NCBI GenBank assembly: GCA_030141605.1
Contig: JAQGDQ010000290.1
Span: 62,001 to 126,000 of the forward strand
Length of the DNA stretch: 64,000 bases
Direction of reading: 5' to 3'
Origin: Tubiluchus corallicola
Lineage: Eukaryota; Animalia; Priapulida
This document shows, one piece after another, positions 39,124-52,117 of this stretch (position 1 is its first letter; the number at the start of each line of letters is the position of its first letter). The notes beneath the pieces are model-generated. The model worked only from the letters and a program-made list of their open reading frames with translations, made no database searches and had not been told where the DNA came from. The position numbers and the translations under genes are program-made.

Positions 39124-39659
39124 TGTTGTTGGCATCCTTCTGTCTCGGAAGACAATGGAGTGTTTGCCAAGAGAGTCAGTTATTGATCACATTGATGGAG
39201 CTGCAGCGTCGACTGTGGCAGAGCAGTTCGATCCTTGAACCACTGGAGCGGCCTCTCCAGAGCGCACGCCTGGACAAGGTGTATGGAGATCCTGAGTTGC
39301 CCAGACAACGGGAACCGAAGGAAAGCGAAGCGATACGTTTGGCACCAGGTTGGCTGCAGGAGCTGCCGGAGTCAATGAGCATGCTGCACTGCTCCGCCTT
39401 CGGGGCTCCACTCCTGATTTGGAAGGTTTACTCCTCTACACATGGCTACACGTTGGATCACTTGACCTCCTCCACCCTCTAGCCGTTGGCTGCTTGTGCA
39501 GCTCCTCCACCTAGTGTCGAGATACAGTGTGGGCATCCCGCAAGCCTACAGCACCTGGTATTCCTAGGCGGTCACCCATCCAAGTACTAACCAGGCCCTA
39601 CGTTGCTTACCTTCGGTGATCAGACGAGAACCGGTGTTTTCAACTTGATATGGCCGTAG
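39124..39659 (-). mobile_element. Full-length 5S-rRNA-derived SINE (SINE3 type) with RTE-like body and (AAC)n tail
   Basis: 5S head 39659-39542 joined without a T-run terminator to the repeat body; TSD GTGATYGAAAT (39113-39123 / 39659-39669, one C/T mismatch) encloses both parts. Confidence 0.88.
39542..39659 (-). pseudogene. 5S rRNA sequence forming the SINE head (not a stand-alone rRNA gene)
   Basis: CTACGGCCATATCAAGTTGAAAACACCGGTTCTCGTCTGATCACCGAAGGTAAGCAACGTAGGGCCTGGTTAGTACTTGGATGGGTGACCGCCTAGGAATACCAGGTGCTGTAGGCTT; lacks the first ~2 nt and the TTTT terminator. Confidence 0.92.
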
Positions 39660-39884
39660 TGATCGAAATGGTAACTTGTGTATAAGATGTAGATTTTATT
39701 TATTATACGAATTGCCTACCTAAGTATTGGCCAGGTACCAAAAAACCACCTTTTCATTTTCCCACATAGCAACACGCCTAAACACAATTACACAAAAAAA
39801 TGCAACCACGTTATAAGATTGGCAGGGAAATCCACTCTGCAATTACGGCCTGGAGATGGCAGCACCATTCAAGAATGCACGTAC

Positions 39885-40028
39885 CATGGAGTCTAACTTG
39901 TTTCCTGGTAGAAGTCCTGGGGAATTTCGAAGCAATTCCTGTAATATTTGCACCATTTCCTCCTGAGAAAGTTGACCCATCTTGGAGCGACGCCTGTTGG
40001 CAATGCTTTTTTTCAACCTGGCAACATC
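39885..40028 (-). CDS. IF protein, L12/coil-2A region exon (DVARLKKSIANRRRSKMGQLSQEEMVQILQELLRNSPGLLPGNKLDSM)
   Basis: Acceptor aatttttgtag, donor gtacgt; 144 nt, phase 0-0. Confidence 0.75.
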
Positions 40029-40449
40029 CTACAAAAATTCCCGCACATTAAATCTAGTATGCTGCAAATACGATTTTCAGATGCTCGGGCGCTGACACAT
40101 AATCGACTTTTGTATGGCAACAATTTTGTTTAGCAAACGTTATAAGTATGTCATGATTAACTTTCATCAACTAAATCGATCATCAAATGCCATAATAATA
40201 AGACTGGTAAACACAGAAGTTAATTTAGCAAACACTAGACGTGCCCAAGGCCAGTGCGTTGCATACCAGCACCATACCGACTCATACTTAACTAACTTTA
40301 TTACCAATCTTTTCCTTCTAACAACATCATAAGAAAGCAGATTTTCTTCTGTGTCCAGGTTTCCACAATAATGAAGCAATAAAACGAAAATAGCAACCAT
40401 TAAATATCACACGTTCATTATAATAGGCTGTCATAAAATATTGCAATTT

Positions 40450-40628
40450 TGATGATCATACATGATGATCATGATGATGATGATGATGATGACGATGACG
40501 ATGATGACGACGACGACGAGGAGGACGATGATGATGATGATGATGATAACGATGACGATGATGAAGATGATGATGACGATGACGATTACGATTACGATGA
40601 CGGTGATGACGACGACGACGACGACGAC

Positions 40629-40683
<55 letters not shown>

Positions 40684-40695
40684 ATGATGATGATT

Positions 40696-40727
<32 letters not shown>

Positions 40728-40832
40728 AATGATGATGATGATGATGATGATAATGATGATGATGATGAGGAGGAGGAGGAGGAGGAGGAGGATGACGATG
40801 ATGAAGATGATAATGACGATGAGATGATGATG
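40450..40832. repeat. (GAT/GAC/GAG)n microsatellite
   Basis: Directly visible; explains the poly-D/M/I/H ORFs. Confidence 0.95.
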
Positions 40833-41529
40833 ACAATTAATGCTGAGACTATTTTTAAAAGCAGAGGTCGATATCTGCACTGCAAAAACGTGAACGTGAA
40901 CTTATATTTTTATAGGAAAATTAAGATTATAAAATTAATGATATAATGTGGTTATTTTTAAAGCAAAACTCGGTCAAAAAAAGAAAAAAAACCAAAAAAG
41001 CAATTATATCTGGCGTTAAATTGTGAACGATGGCTGTCGAAGCGAGCTAGGTTATCTCACACATTATCTAAAACTTTTCGTTCTCAAAATATACAAATAT
41101 GTAAATAAATATAGCAATATAGGTGTAGACGCTGTCTCTCAATTATTGTCTATTTACTACTAATCAATTATACAATCAATTGTTGGTTGAGTCTGCAGTC
41201 TCCAGCGTTCCTTGTTTTCAATAAGGAAGTAATTCAAAATCTACTGCTAGGTTTGTTTGGTGATGTGTAATTTGATGCGCAAAGGAAAACGTGTTTGTTG
41301 GTTTGCAAAGTGTGGCTTCAGCAACTTACAACAATACAGATGAAGCCAACAAATAACATAAACAACACAAATAACAACAATCGCAAAGAGTACATTTCCC
41401 TGCAATAGCAGATGGGGGAATCGAACCCGAAGCTGCAGTCCGCAACAAGGACACACTAAAATAGGGCAAAATGAAATTAAGCTCTCCACTTATGGAATTG
41501 GTTAAACTTCTGACAGATATGTACATCTA

Positions 41530-41880
41530 TGTTGTGAGAAATTATATGTAACATCGATTCTTGTGGAGTTGCATTGTCTCCCTGTCAAACAACGTATTAT
41601 TTTGAAACTATTGCTGATTACGTTTAGATTTTTGTATGGCCTGGGTTGGGCCCGTCTTATCACGCTAATCAAGTCAATTCTTATATTCCCAAAGGTGCCT
41701 TAAGATACTCAGGACAGTTTTACACTAGCGGTCACCAATTGTTGAAGAATCAGTGTACGTTATGGTGAGCGTGCTTTTGTCAATGAATGGAAAAAAACTT
41801 CCGTTTAACTTGCGTTCTCTTACTGATATTAAACATTTTAAAATGAGTCTTAACTTAATTGTAGAGTTTTTATAGCGCAT
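41530..41880 (+). mobile_element. L2-clade LINE 3' fragment
   Basis: SILVELHCLPVKQRIILKLLLITF...GERAF motifs. Confidence 0.7.
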
Positions 41881-42297
41881 CCAGGGGCGTATTAACCAAT
41901 AGGGTAACTAGGCTATAGCCTAAGGCGCCACATTTTAGAAAAAAATATTATTCTCCTCGGAAAATGTGTGTACTTTCATATTCTTGTAAAAGGCGTGTTT
42001 TATAACACACTACAGGCAGTTAATGAACGCAGCTTCTATATAAGTGCCACATAACAAACAGGTGCAAGCCATTACACAACAAGTAGTTGAGCAGTCTACT
42101 TACATGCAAATACATGTAATAAATAACAACGGCGTAGCAATTAGGTTAATAGTGTTTCTAATGCACCACAAGCAATCGTTTGTCTCGCTCATTACATAAA
42201 CAACCATAAGTTTACAATAGACGTGGGCGGGACAAAACCTAGCTCGTTGTTAAGTTAGCTTTAGCTTTGAGGATCGTAAGTGAAAGACATTCAATAC

Positions 42298-42393
42298 CGC
42301 TAAATGTTGATCTTCTAATTGTTGCTTTTTCTCCTGTAATTCAGCAATTTTGCCCTTAATGTCCCACTGCAGGTCTTTGTCCACCTTGCGATC
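42298..42393 (-). CDS. IF protein, 96-nt coil-1B exon (DRKVDKDLQWDIKGKIAELQEKKQQLEDQHLA)
   Basis: Acceptor ttttccttttag, donor gtattg; 96 nt, phase 0-0, a size typical of the IF coil-1B exon. Confidence 0.8.
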
Positions 42394-42513
42394 CTAAAAG
42401 GAAAATTTCAATTAGCTTATCAACATATAAATCCATTTCGGTGCTTGGATTTAAATTATTTACCACAATTTTTTTCGATCAAATACAACTAAAAACAATT
42501 TCTATTAGCTCAC

Positions 42514-42697
42514 CCCAAGTGTCGATTCTTGTTGTTGGAGCTGAGACAAAGTTTCACTCAGATCGAAGATGTCTTTCTCCATACCGTCCAGCATGGCCTG
42601 CATGGCTGAAATCTCCCCATCCCTCTGCTGTATCAGCAATTCTAGCCGCCTCACTTCCGTAGAACCGTCACTTTCTTCCTCAAGAAGATCTTTGTAC
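42514..42697 (-). CDS. IF protein, coil-1B exon (YKDLLEEES...QRDGEISAMQAMLDGMEKDIFDLSETLSQLQQQESTLG)
   Basis: Acceptor tctcttttttcag, donor gtgagc; 184 nt, phase 2-0; strong heptad repeat. Confidence 0.85.
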
Positions 42698-43689
42698 CTG
42701 AAAAAAGAGAAACATTTTGCTCAGCCTTATAATTTTTTATGATTATTCACCTTGAGTCTCTACAATCCGAAGCTTAATGGAAAAGACTTTCTCTTTATCG
42801 GCATTAGCAGGGTGTCTCATAATTTTACTTTACTTACGCTTGAAATTTTTCTATTTCAGGCAAAAAATGTCTCGTATAAATATTTACACAATTACAGATA
42901 AAACTAGAATAAAACGGACATAAAAATAATTACAAATTCACCAAAATGGCTCTAAGAACTTAATAATTTGACAATTTTGGAGATAAAAGTTCATTCCACA
43001 GTTTGGACGTATTCGAATTATGTAGTACATCAGAATTAACAATATGAACAGCGTACGTGTTATTAGAGAATAGAAATCTATTTCTAAGACTATATTCAGA
43101 TTTCTTGCGTAAATGAAAAAACTGTGATAGTTGGAGATTCGCGCACATGCCACATGCGCTACGATCTTAATTTAAATGGTTTTCCTATTCCTTTATTATA
43201 TAAAATTTTATTCTTGGTGAGAAATAATGATATAGACGTAATTAAGGCATTTATTATTGATTATGTTGAAAAAGCGTTTTTAAGACATGATGAACAATAT
43301 ACTATGTAATGATCATATCATTGAAAATGAGCTCTAATGAATGACAATTTGTTTTAAATACTAATTATTAAACTTTTCATTAAATAACTAATATAACTAA
43401 CAGGAAGATTTAACAAATTGAACAGGAGATTGTTCAAAGTATTTACTCCACACACTACTGCAGTACAAATTAGAACAGTAGCTCTTGAACATCACCATTT
43501 AACGTCAAAAAAGCGATTTGAAAATACCTACATTCGAAGCGGGCTCGAAATCCCACCACTCTAGTTGTTCTTATTGTAAACAAAGGTCACAATGTCACAT
43601 TGTTTTAGACATGCACACTACTAAAAGTACCTTATAAGATTATAGACTTTTACTTAATATCATAGGCATTGCATATTAGTCTACTACTA

Positions 43690-44005
43690 GAATAATATCG
43701 AATTATTTTACAAATTATGATAGTGTCTGTCATATCTTTCCTTAAAGGCACTTGTACAGGGGACCAACACTATATACTCAGGTAAGCTGTTCTACGAACA
43801 AGCAGTTCTATTACTAAGAAGAACTTTCTTAGCTTGTAATGTGTTCTACTGGTTTCATGAGTAAAACAGTGTCCTCGTAAGCCACGGTAAGTTCTTAATT
43901 TGAACATTGTTTCATGACTGACATTATTATAACATTGAGCGAATTTGAAGACCTCAATGAGATCGCTTCTTATTCTACGATCTTCTAATGATGTAAGTTT
44001 TAATT
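43690..44005 (-). mobile_element. CR1-clade LINE 3' fragment
   Basis: Minus-strand LTSLEDRRIRSDLIEVFK...GLRGH, a canonical CR1 ORF2 C-terminus. Confidence 0.8.
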
Positions 44006-44012
44006 TATTCAG

Positions 44013-44219
44013 TCAACAACAGCAACAACAACAACAACAACAACAGCAGCAGCAACAACACCAACAACAACAGCAACAGCAACAGCAACAACAGTAACAG
44101 CAAAAGCAGCAACAACAAGAGCAACAACAACAGCAGCAGCAGCAACAACAGCAACAGAATGCAGCAGCAACAGCAAATGCAGCAGCAGCAACAACAACAA
44201 CAACAATAACAACAACAGC

Positions 44220-44266
<47 letters not shown>

Positions 44267-44272
44267 CGAACA
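44013..44272. repeat. (CAA/CAG)n microsatellite
   Basis: Directly visible. Confidence 0.95.
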
Positions 44273-45309
44273 ACGTTTAGCTCACGCGTATCGAATGTAA
44301 AACTTATTCCTAAAATCTTAATCTATCCATTATTTAAATAATTAATAATAAAAATAAACAAGTAGGTTACACAGCAGCTAATCGTGATTTTTTATGCACT
44401 GACACAGTTTTCCAAATGGCGGTGCTTAAAAATGCTGCCTTTATTACCAAATTGAAATGTTACTAATAACTAGACCACCCAGCAACAAAATTACTCGGAG
44501 ATTATAGACTGCATACCGTATATAGTAAAAACCAGCTAGGGGGTATTTACGAAATCAAATTAGCTTTATTTTGCTTAGCTTGATACCATCTAGTTTTCAC
44601 GTTATTGTGGATGCATTATTTGACTTAAGCTTTCATAATGTGACAAGTTAAGCTACTATCAGGCGTATGTACAGTACCGTGTAGGTATGCAGGCTGACAT
44701 GTACTGATTGTAATCTACGCATTTGAAGTGTAGATTTTTTGGTGGATATGGAATTTTCAACATCCTAAATTTGACGAAAAAATACTAAAGTGTCGTTTTA
44801 TTGTACACCCACTTTGAGCCTGAAATGCCATAGATGCGAGAACACCAAAATTTGTTTGTTTATTTAGGTTAATGGAATTTAATTCAGCCCACTGAGTTAA
44901 ACATGCTCGAAAGTGAATCTCTCGTGCTGTGTGAGATATAATGAGATTTGCAAACGTGTTAAAACCCAATAATTAGTTGGTATGATTTGACACGACATAG
45001 TCAACTTACGAACAGCCATAATTTGATGGCCACTGTCTTTCGTGAAGCATTAATTAATCACTCATAAACTTTCTACCAATACATGATTAGAGATTATACG
45101 CAGACTTGTTGTCTATAGTACTGCATTTTTTATGACAGTAGTACATAGGCATGGAATTGGTGTAGTGAACTATACAGCACATTGCATTTATTTTATCTCT
45201 GTTGTTCTCAATGTGTCATTTTGGTGACGTTTTTTTTGGATTATAGTTTTTTCTGGTTACCCATTGTTATAGTGTAGTTGTCACGATAAATGTAGAATCA
45301 TACTCAGTA

Positions 45310-45430
45310 AACTAACTAACTAACAAACTGACTAACTGACTGACTGACTGACTGACTGACTGACTGACTGACTGACTGACTGACTGACTGACTGACTGAC
45401 TGACTGACTGACTAACTAACTAACTAACTA
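45310..45430. repeat. (CTGA/CTAA)n microsatellite
   Basis: Directly visible. Confidence 0.95.
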
Positions 45431-45685
45431 AAGTCTAGTTCATACCAAAGAAAGCTGAATCGTAACTCATTAACTGTTGAAGATGATCAATTATTTTGAT
45501 TATGTGAAGAACTATTTTTCATTTTGAAATAACGTCGGTGTACTGTTTGTGGTGTATTGAATACGATTGCATGCAGTTTATAAACCCTACATTAGGATGC
45601 TTGAGATTTTGCAGAACTAGTCTTCGTGGCTGTACGTATTATGAACGTGGATTGAGAATTTGAGAGATTCTTGATTCCTATAATA

Positions 45686-46092
45686 TGAGCTGAACAGGTG
45701 AATGTACATTTTTATTCATAGGCACCAGACCAACCAACCTACAGGTAATGTTCTGACCTCCACTTTAAACTAGGAAGCCCATAACATTACCTGCGATTGG
45801 TTGAGCAGTGGTTTCCTGTGGAAAGAACGAACACGTGACCTCGTCAGTTGTCTGTTTTTTGTCGTGGAATGCACTTCTCCTGTCTGCCTACCGAGTGTCA
45901 TGGTTCCGTTAAGGTTTGAAGCATCGTCATCAAGTTTTGTTTTTTATTTTTGTATTCTTCTCAGTCGTCCCTTTTCATTTCTATGTTTCAGTTTTGTTGT
46001 ATCTTTTTTACAATTTCTGGAGTGTTCGTTACGCAGCGCTTACCCCTACCCGGCGGGCCGTAAGGTTTTCTACCGGGTCGAACCCCGGAACA
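45686..46092 (-). mobile_element. Solo LTR (copy 2), 407 bp
   Basis: TG...CA ends, colinear with 2023-2423; right flank ATAT, left flank ATA(T) with the last T shared with the element; minus-strand AATAAA near the 3' end. Confidence 0.72.
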
Positions 46093-46429
46093 ATATAATG
46101 AGTTTTAAGGAAAGTCAGTCTGTCGAATTTAGTCTTCGAAACTTTTTCAAAGACATTGATAAACTTTGCAAAAGATGTTTTTCCTTCGTTTGTAGGAAAT
46201 CAGAGATGTGACGCGCGCCCTTGTGTCGTTTCATCGACATAAATTTCAAGAGAGGGACACAACTATGCTATGCGACAGACTATATGGAACGAACGACATA
46301 GTAACTGGATCATTGCCAAAGAAAGGGCATAGTATCATCATTCCATTGACATTTGTGACAGCTGTACAGTGATAAAAACTAGAACAAAGGCAGCTTGAAG
46401 ATCGGCAAAATTTTAAATTTTAATTTTAA

Positions 46430-47045
46430 AGGAAGACAGGATGATTTTTCGTCTACAAACCCCATTTTCAAGTCCGATAAATATGTACATTTTACCACAA
46501 TTAATACTGCAAAAAGCATTTATATAATTAAATAATAGTATAAAAACTTAATTAACGGCGGGCGAGCCCAACTATTGATGACATCACAAACTAACATAAT
46601 TTTCAACAGCAAAAACATTCCATAAGCGTTGTTGCACGTGTTTGCGAAAGCAAAAATTGAAGTACAGTGCTACTGTAACAGATTCAGCGTGTTGTATTGA
46701 AACTAGGCACGTTTTAAGATAAAAATTCAAATTTCAATTTTATCGCCATGCTGACCCATGAACTGTCGAACATGTGTAGCTCGTCACAAATTAACACATC
46801 TGTTACTGAGAGGTACATCACCTGTTCTTTGTGCAATGCGTTTGCGAAATGCTGGCGCTAGTGCCTATCTAACGAACGCAGGTCGAAATTCATGTAACGA
46901 GCCAGTGGCGCGAACGTGAACTTGTGTTTGTGTGGTAATAATTGTTTCACGTAAGTAATATTTGAAAAAATAGCATGTTTCCTTTTCAATCTTTTAAAGA
47001 GTAGATTGTTTTGACCTACAGTTTAAGATTGGGTCCAGTTTTGCT
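46430..47045 (-). mobile_element. Kolobok-like family A, full-length inverted copy (616 bp)
   Basis: TTAA at 46426-46429 and 47046-47049; reverse complement of 15144-15753. Confidence 0.8.
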
Positions 47046-48249
47046 TTAACAATAAGCAAGACATTTGGCATGCAAATGAGGAAAAAATAATTATGATGTT
47101 AAACGAAAATTCTTTTCTTGTGCAAGACAAATCACGACTATCACGAGAATTCAAGAACCACCAACTGCCTAATTACCTCTCTGCACAAAGCAAAGGAATT
47201 CTGAGTCGTAAATCTGATTACTAAAGATAAGAATTAATATTAGAACTCAAATGAGTTTCTTCCTTGTACTCATGATTAAACCCCGCGTTAAGTCAAAATC
47301 CACTGGCATTAAATGTAGAGTTTATTTGCATAATTACTTATCTAATGAAAACTGTTGCATTGAAATTTGAAACCTTAACCCATATCACTCAACAAAACTG
47401 TTTCTAGTTCACTGTAACGCAGTACCAAACAGGCATTACTGGTATGTGTCGCATCCCTAAGATATTAAAGCCTTTAGTAACGCTTAGAATTTTACGTGAT
47501 GTAACAAGTACTACGTAAATTTTTCACTACTTTATTTCATCATACATGCAAAGCGTACCCATAAAGTTGAGCGCACCACAAGCGCTATCTATTAACAAGA
47601 AAGTGCAACATTGCAAGCTAGTTTCTCTTCAAACTTGTAGTAATTACAATTAACCTGTAATTTCATCGAAACTTTAGCGCCACCTATAGGGGACTAAGGA
47701 AAAAGCAAAATATTCTTATAACTTGAAATGGTAAATAATAACAATTTCTAGACGTTATCTTTTATTTTTCCTGACTTTACTCTACGTTCTCTTAAGTCGT
47801 TATAGAAAATCTCAGGTTGCATTCGTACAATGCGTTGAACAAACATCTTATCTTACAGCAGAATATAAACCGATAGAAGTAAAACGCGCGTGTGCCCGCA
47901 AGGCAATGCGGTGAATTTTTGGCAAAATTGTACGTAACCTTGCCCCCTGTAAATAAACACTGTTCCTCGTCTTCGTGAAAGATTCCAGTTGGTGGGTAAA
48001 AGAATATTGTAATTAGTTACAGCAGGAAAATCTTTGGTAAAAGTTTACACGTGTAATATATAGCCTAATAAAGCAATTGAGACATGAAAGATTGAACTAC
48101 AGTATCAACAATACTTTCTATTTTTACATAATTTGGTATTAACAATAGTAAAAAAAGCTGTTTAAAATAGTGATTTAAGATCAAATCACTAATTAAATTA
48201 CTAAATTAATAGAGATTAAACACTTGACGATGCAAGATTAAATAATCGT

Positions 48250-48445
48250 CGTGGCTAGAAGCCCAGTTAGGTGTGACATCACGTGATGATCAGCTGACGT
48301 TCGGCCGGCTGAGTCGGAAGTAAAGATTGATGATGTAATTTTTATGCGCAGAAGCTCAGTGCGCATTAGGTAGTTAGACAAAAGGATTTTGGGGCCCGCA
48401 TTTCGGGCAGATTAGGGGCTGTCTTGAAGACGGATGGTTAGTATT
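48250..48445. promoter_or_regulatory. Candidate promoter: CpG-rich cluster of E-box, ETS and TGCGCA motifs
   Basis: TCACGTGA 48279-48286, CGGAAGT 48315-48321, TGCGCA at 48345 and 48360; possible + strand donor ATG|gttagt at 48436. Confidence 0.35.
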
Positions 48446-49179
48446 ACTGTCGTTTTATGTATACCGTGTTGTGCTTGATATTTAACAAACGTTTATTTTG
48501 CTGAACAAAGTCTTGATAGTTTGTCATGCCCATCGTGGCTGTTCCATACGCAATCTTCCCGAGCCCCAACCACCAGCACAATAATCAGCAAGCAGCTATA
48601 ACCACTATCATAAGCAGCCTTTAGTTCATCAGAAGCAGCTATTATTTTACTACAATTTACTAATTAAAAATACGTAATAACGCACTTAAAAGTAAATACG
48701 TTAATTGTATTTGTACAATAATTGAAATTTATTGAAAGCTAATGATAGAGTGACTTTATTCCCTATGGTTATTGCCACCTTAGGAGTAGAGTTGTCGACG
48801 GCATGAAGAGGTGCCGGGGGAGGGGAGGCAGCCCAAAGCCTGAGAAAAATATGAAGTAAAATATCAACGATGAGTTTAACTCTTAATCTCCTAATTAAGA
48901 GGTAAAATTTTCATAGTGCATGAATTTTGCTGCTATGCTAAAATTCACTTTAGCAAGCATACTATGTGGGATTACTTAGTGTAGCAGCGTATAAATGTGT
49001 CCCGAAGTCAACTCTTTCAAGGATTTTCAGATTTACCACATGAACTTTCGTTTTAAATAATTGATAGAATATGAATTTATTGAAGCTCCGAGTTGCAATC
49101 ACAATTCGTTAGGTCCTTTGTGCATATTTATTTGTCGAAGCATTATCATTGTTTCAGCATTCTTCATATGGTCGAAGTA

Positions 49180-49268
<89 letters not shown>

Positions 49269-49703
49269 TACTATTACTATTACTATTATTATTATTATTA
49301 TTATTACTATTACTATTACTATTACTATTACTATTACTATTACTATTACTATTACTATTACTATTACTATTACTATTACTATCACTATCACTATCACTAT
49401 CACTATCACTATCACTATCACTATCACTATCACTATCACTATCACTATCACTATCATTATCATTATTATTATTTTAAATGTATTTCGTACATTTAGAAGT
49501 TCATAGCATTATACAAAAAAATGAAAACACTCAACTTTACTATAAAGTTGCAATGGAAACTTGTAAAATATTTACACTACATACATACATACATACATAC
49601 ATACATACATACATACATACATACATACATACATACATACATACATACATACATACATACATACATACATACATACATACATACATACATACACACATAC
49701 ATA
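49180..49703. repeat. Microsatellites (ATT)n-(ATTACT)n-(ATCACT)n and (CATA)n
   Basis: Directly visible at 49180-49473 and 49577-49703. Confidence 0.95.
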
Positions 49704-50110
49704 CGCTCCCAGACGCAAGACATAAATACGCAAGACAGATCATTAAAAATACAGTACATGGAGGCATAACACCCAATAAAAGTTACATATCTAAAAAGAT
49801 AAAACACGTTGATCGCCTAGTACTAAACATAGTACTAGTACCAGCTGTGTACCAATTCGTTCATATAACTATGTCATGATATGCAGACATGTATATGCAT
49901 ACATTTTATCAATTATATCATTAGGAAGTTCAGCTAGCCCATATATAAAGGATCCTGTTATCTTTCTCGTCATGACGTCATAGTTAGGAATATTTAAATT
50001 TTCAAATGTTTCACTTGTTCTACATTTTTCCAAGTGAGCCACCCTTAAGAAAGTGTACTTGTAATAAGGAATTTACCTAACGAAATAAACTTGCCATGAT
50101 TATAAAGGTC

Positions 50111-50698
50111 CAGGGCCGGTTTTAAGCCAATTACACTCAGGTTTGTTTAATTGGGGCCCGTGCCAGGGGGGGGGGCGGTGTCTCGCGCACAAACTCGAGC
50201 GGAGAATGCTGATTGTTTGTTCATTTATTTTGTACTTTCAGTTTATCGTCGACATTATGCATTTTTAAAATAAGACAATTGACGAGTCCTATATGCATTA
50301 GTTAGATCACCCTCAATAAAGATTAAAACAACTACGGTCGACTATTTCACAAGAAAGACTAAATAATTTTGCGATGCTATTTATAGAAAATGACATCGCA
50401 AAAACCACTCGAGTTTGAAGTAATTTTAAAAAATCCCCGAAAAATCCATTTTTAAAACATGTATGCACAAATATTGCAATATGTATGCAATTTATTGTAA
50501 TAAAACATTCAAACTTTCATATGATTTTTCAATTTTTAATACATCATTGTGACTAATGCTTGAATCTCAAGCTCGCGACACTTTTTTGCAAAAACTGGCA
50601 TACTGCATGTGGCATAAAACATCAAACGTTCAGTATTTGAAGGGTAGAGGGCGCCAATAATTTTCTAATTGGTCCCGCACTTTCTAACCACGACCCTG
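50111..50698 (+). mobile_element. Internally deleted hAT transposon with a transposase dimerisation-domain remnant
   Basis: TIR CAGGGCCG/CGACCCTG; 8-bp TSD TAAAGGTC/TATACGTC (6 of 8 match); internal LRSTISQERLNNFAMLFIENDIAK. Confidence 0.78.
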
Positions 50699-51134
50699 TA
50701 TACGTCCTACTATACTGTAAGTGTACGCTGCGTAATAACGCTGCTGGGTAAAATTTTGTGCAAGAATGCGGCTCGAAATTAATTTATGTTTACGGTGAAA
50801 TGAGGGATTGTAATGGTGATGTAAGTTCGTGCCCTATGGCAAGATGCGGCAAGGATTTTTACGCTAGGAATGTAAAAGTTTGAATTACTCGCTGTAACTA
50901 ACTTTAACTAGCTCATTGCGATGTCATTGCAAATTACAGACATTCGCATGATAGTATTTTTCAGATAAATAAAAAACGCAAGTAATTTTTTTTGAAATGG
51001 ACTAGCCGTTTACTTATCTACCTCGTTATAAAAAATCTACTTATGCAAATTTTGTAACTCATTTACCTACCCCCCTTACTTGCCTTCCTATCCCTGCCTG
51101 CTTCATAGTGTCTAGTTAACAGCCTTCTTACTTA

Positions 51135-51425
51135 TCTATCTGTCTGCACGTCTGTCCGTCCGTCCGTCCGTCTGTCTGTCTGTCTTTCTGTTTGTCTGTC
51201 TGTCCGTCAGTCCGTTTGTCTGTCTGTCCGTCTGCCCGTCCGTCTGTTCGTTTGTCTGTCCGTCCATCCGTCTGTTCGTCTGTCTATCTGTCCGTCCGTG
51301 CATCCGCCTGTTCGTCTGTCTGTCTGCCTGTGTGCCAGGCGGCCTGTCTACCTACCTATGGAACATACTATTTATCTATCTATTTGCTCATTCTACTTAC
51401 CTGCCTACTCACCTACCTAACTACC
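51135..51425. repeat. Decayed (TCTG/TCCG/CCTA)n microsatellite
   Basis: Directly visible. Confidence 0.85.
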
Positions 51426-51529
51426 TATAAAGTCTTCCTACCCCTTTGTTTGTTACTGTTGCTGCCCGCGTAACGGCCTACCCACCTAGTGCGCATGCGT
51501 ATTTCTACGTACTACATACTTAACCAGCC

Positions 51530-51693
51530 TATGTAATGGCGACTTCGGAACAATATTGCGGGAGATTTAAAATGAAAACAAACTAAAATTCCTTTCAGTG
51601 CGAATACGATATGTGCATAAACTTGCTGTAAAGTAATATGATTTTTAAGGCGATTTTTCTGAAACCTACTTCAGGTACCTCTTTTCTTGTCCT
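51530..51693 (-). mobile_element. Kolobok-like family B terminal fragment
   Basis: Reverse complement of 25813-25975; ends CTTGTCCT-TTAA. Confidence 0.65.
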
Positions 51694-52040
51694 TTAAAGG
51701 TCCTAGTCTTGGGCATTAATAATGCTCAGTTCTTTACGTTGTTTTGAATGTGTAACCAGTTTCTGCCAATACACGTGTCTTCCAAGTTTCATGCATAATT
51801 CAGTTTGCCTCATTCACATAATTGATGTCAAATCAAGACTAAATATAATAAGAGTAATATAATAAGGCTAACCACAGAATTACAGCAGACTTTCAATAAC
51901 CTAACCCTCTCCCGCCAGAATTAATCAACAATATAGCCGTAATGCCAATATTATTGTTATTAAAGATGATATGAATCCATAGTTAATTAAATTTTGATAC
52001 AAAATGGCATAATGCTAAAAAATAAGAAATATGAAAAAGT

Positions 52041-52117
52041 TGGATACAGCCTAGAATTGAACCAGAGACTTTCTGTTTACAAACAGGTGCCTTAAACCAA
52101 CTAGGCCACTATATTCC
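52041..52117 (-). pseudogene. Degenerate tRNA-Thr(TGT)-like sequence
   Basis: GGAATATAGTGGCCTAGTTGGTTTAAGGCACCTGTTTGTAAACAGAAAGTCTCTGGTTCAATTCTAGGCTGTATCCA: A box, B box, downstream TTTTT; 6-nt anticodon loop and imperfect stems. Confidence 0.55.

Noticed and set aside
39542-39659. Functional 5S rRNA gene
   Set aside because: Single copy, missing first bases, no oligo-T terminator, and enclosed with the repeat body by one TSD.
46100-46240. IF coil-1A exon candidate (QTKEKHLLQSL on the minus strand)
   Set aside because: The frame stops shortly afterwards, there is no suitable phase-2 donor, and the LNDRL/YIEKV motif is absent.
48500-48640. eIF5A-like processed pseudogene fragment (DELKAAYDSG...)
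   Set aside because: Similarity too short and vague to support without a search.
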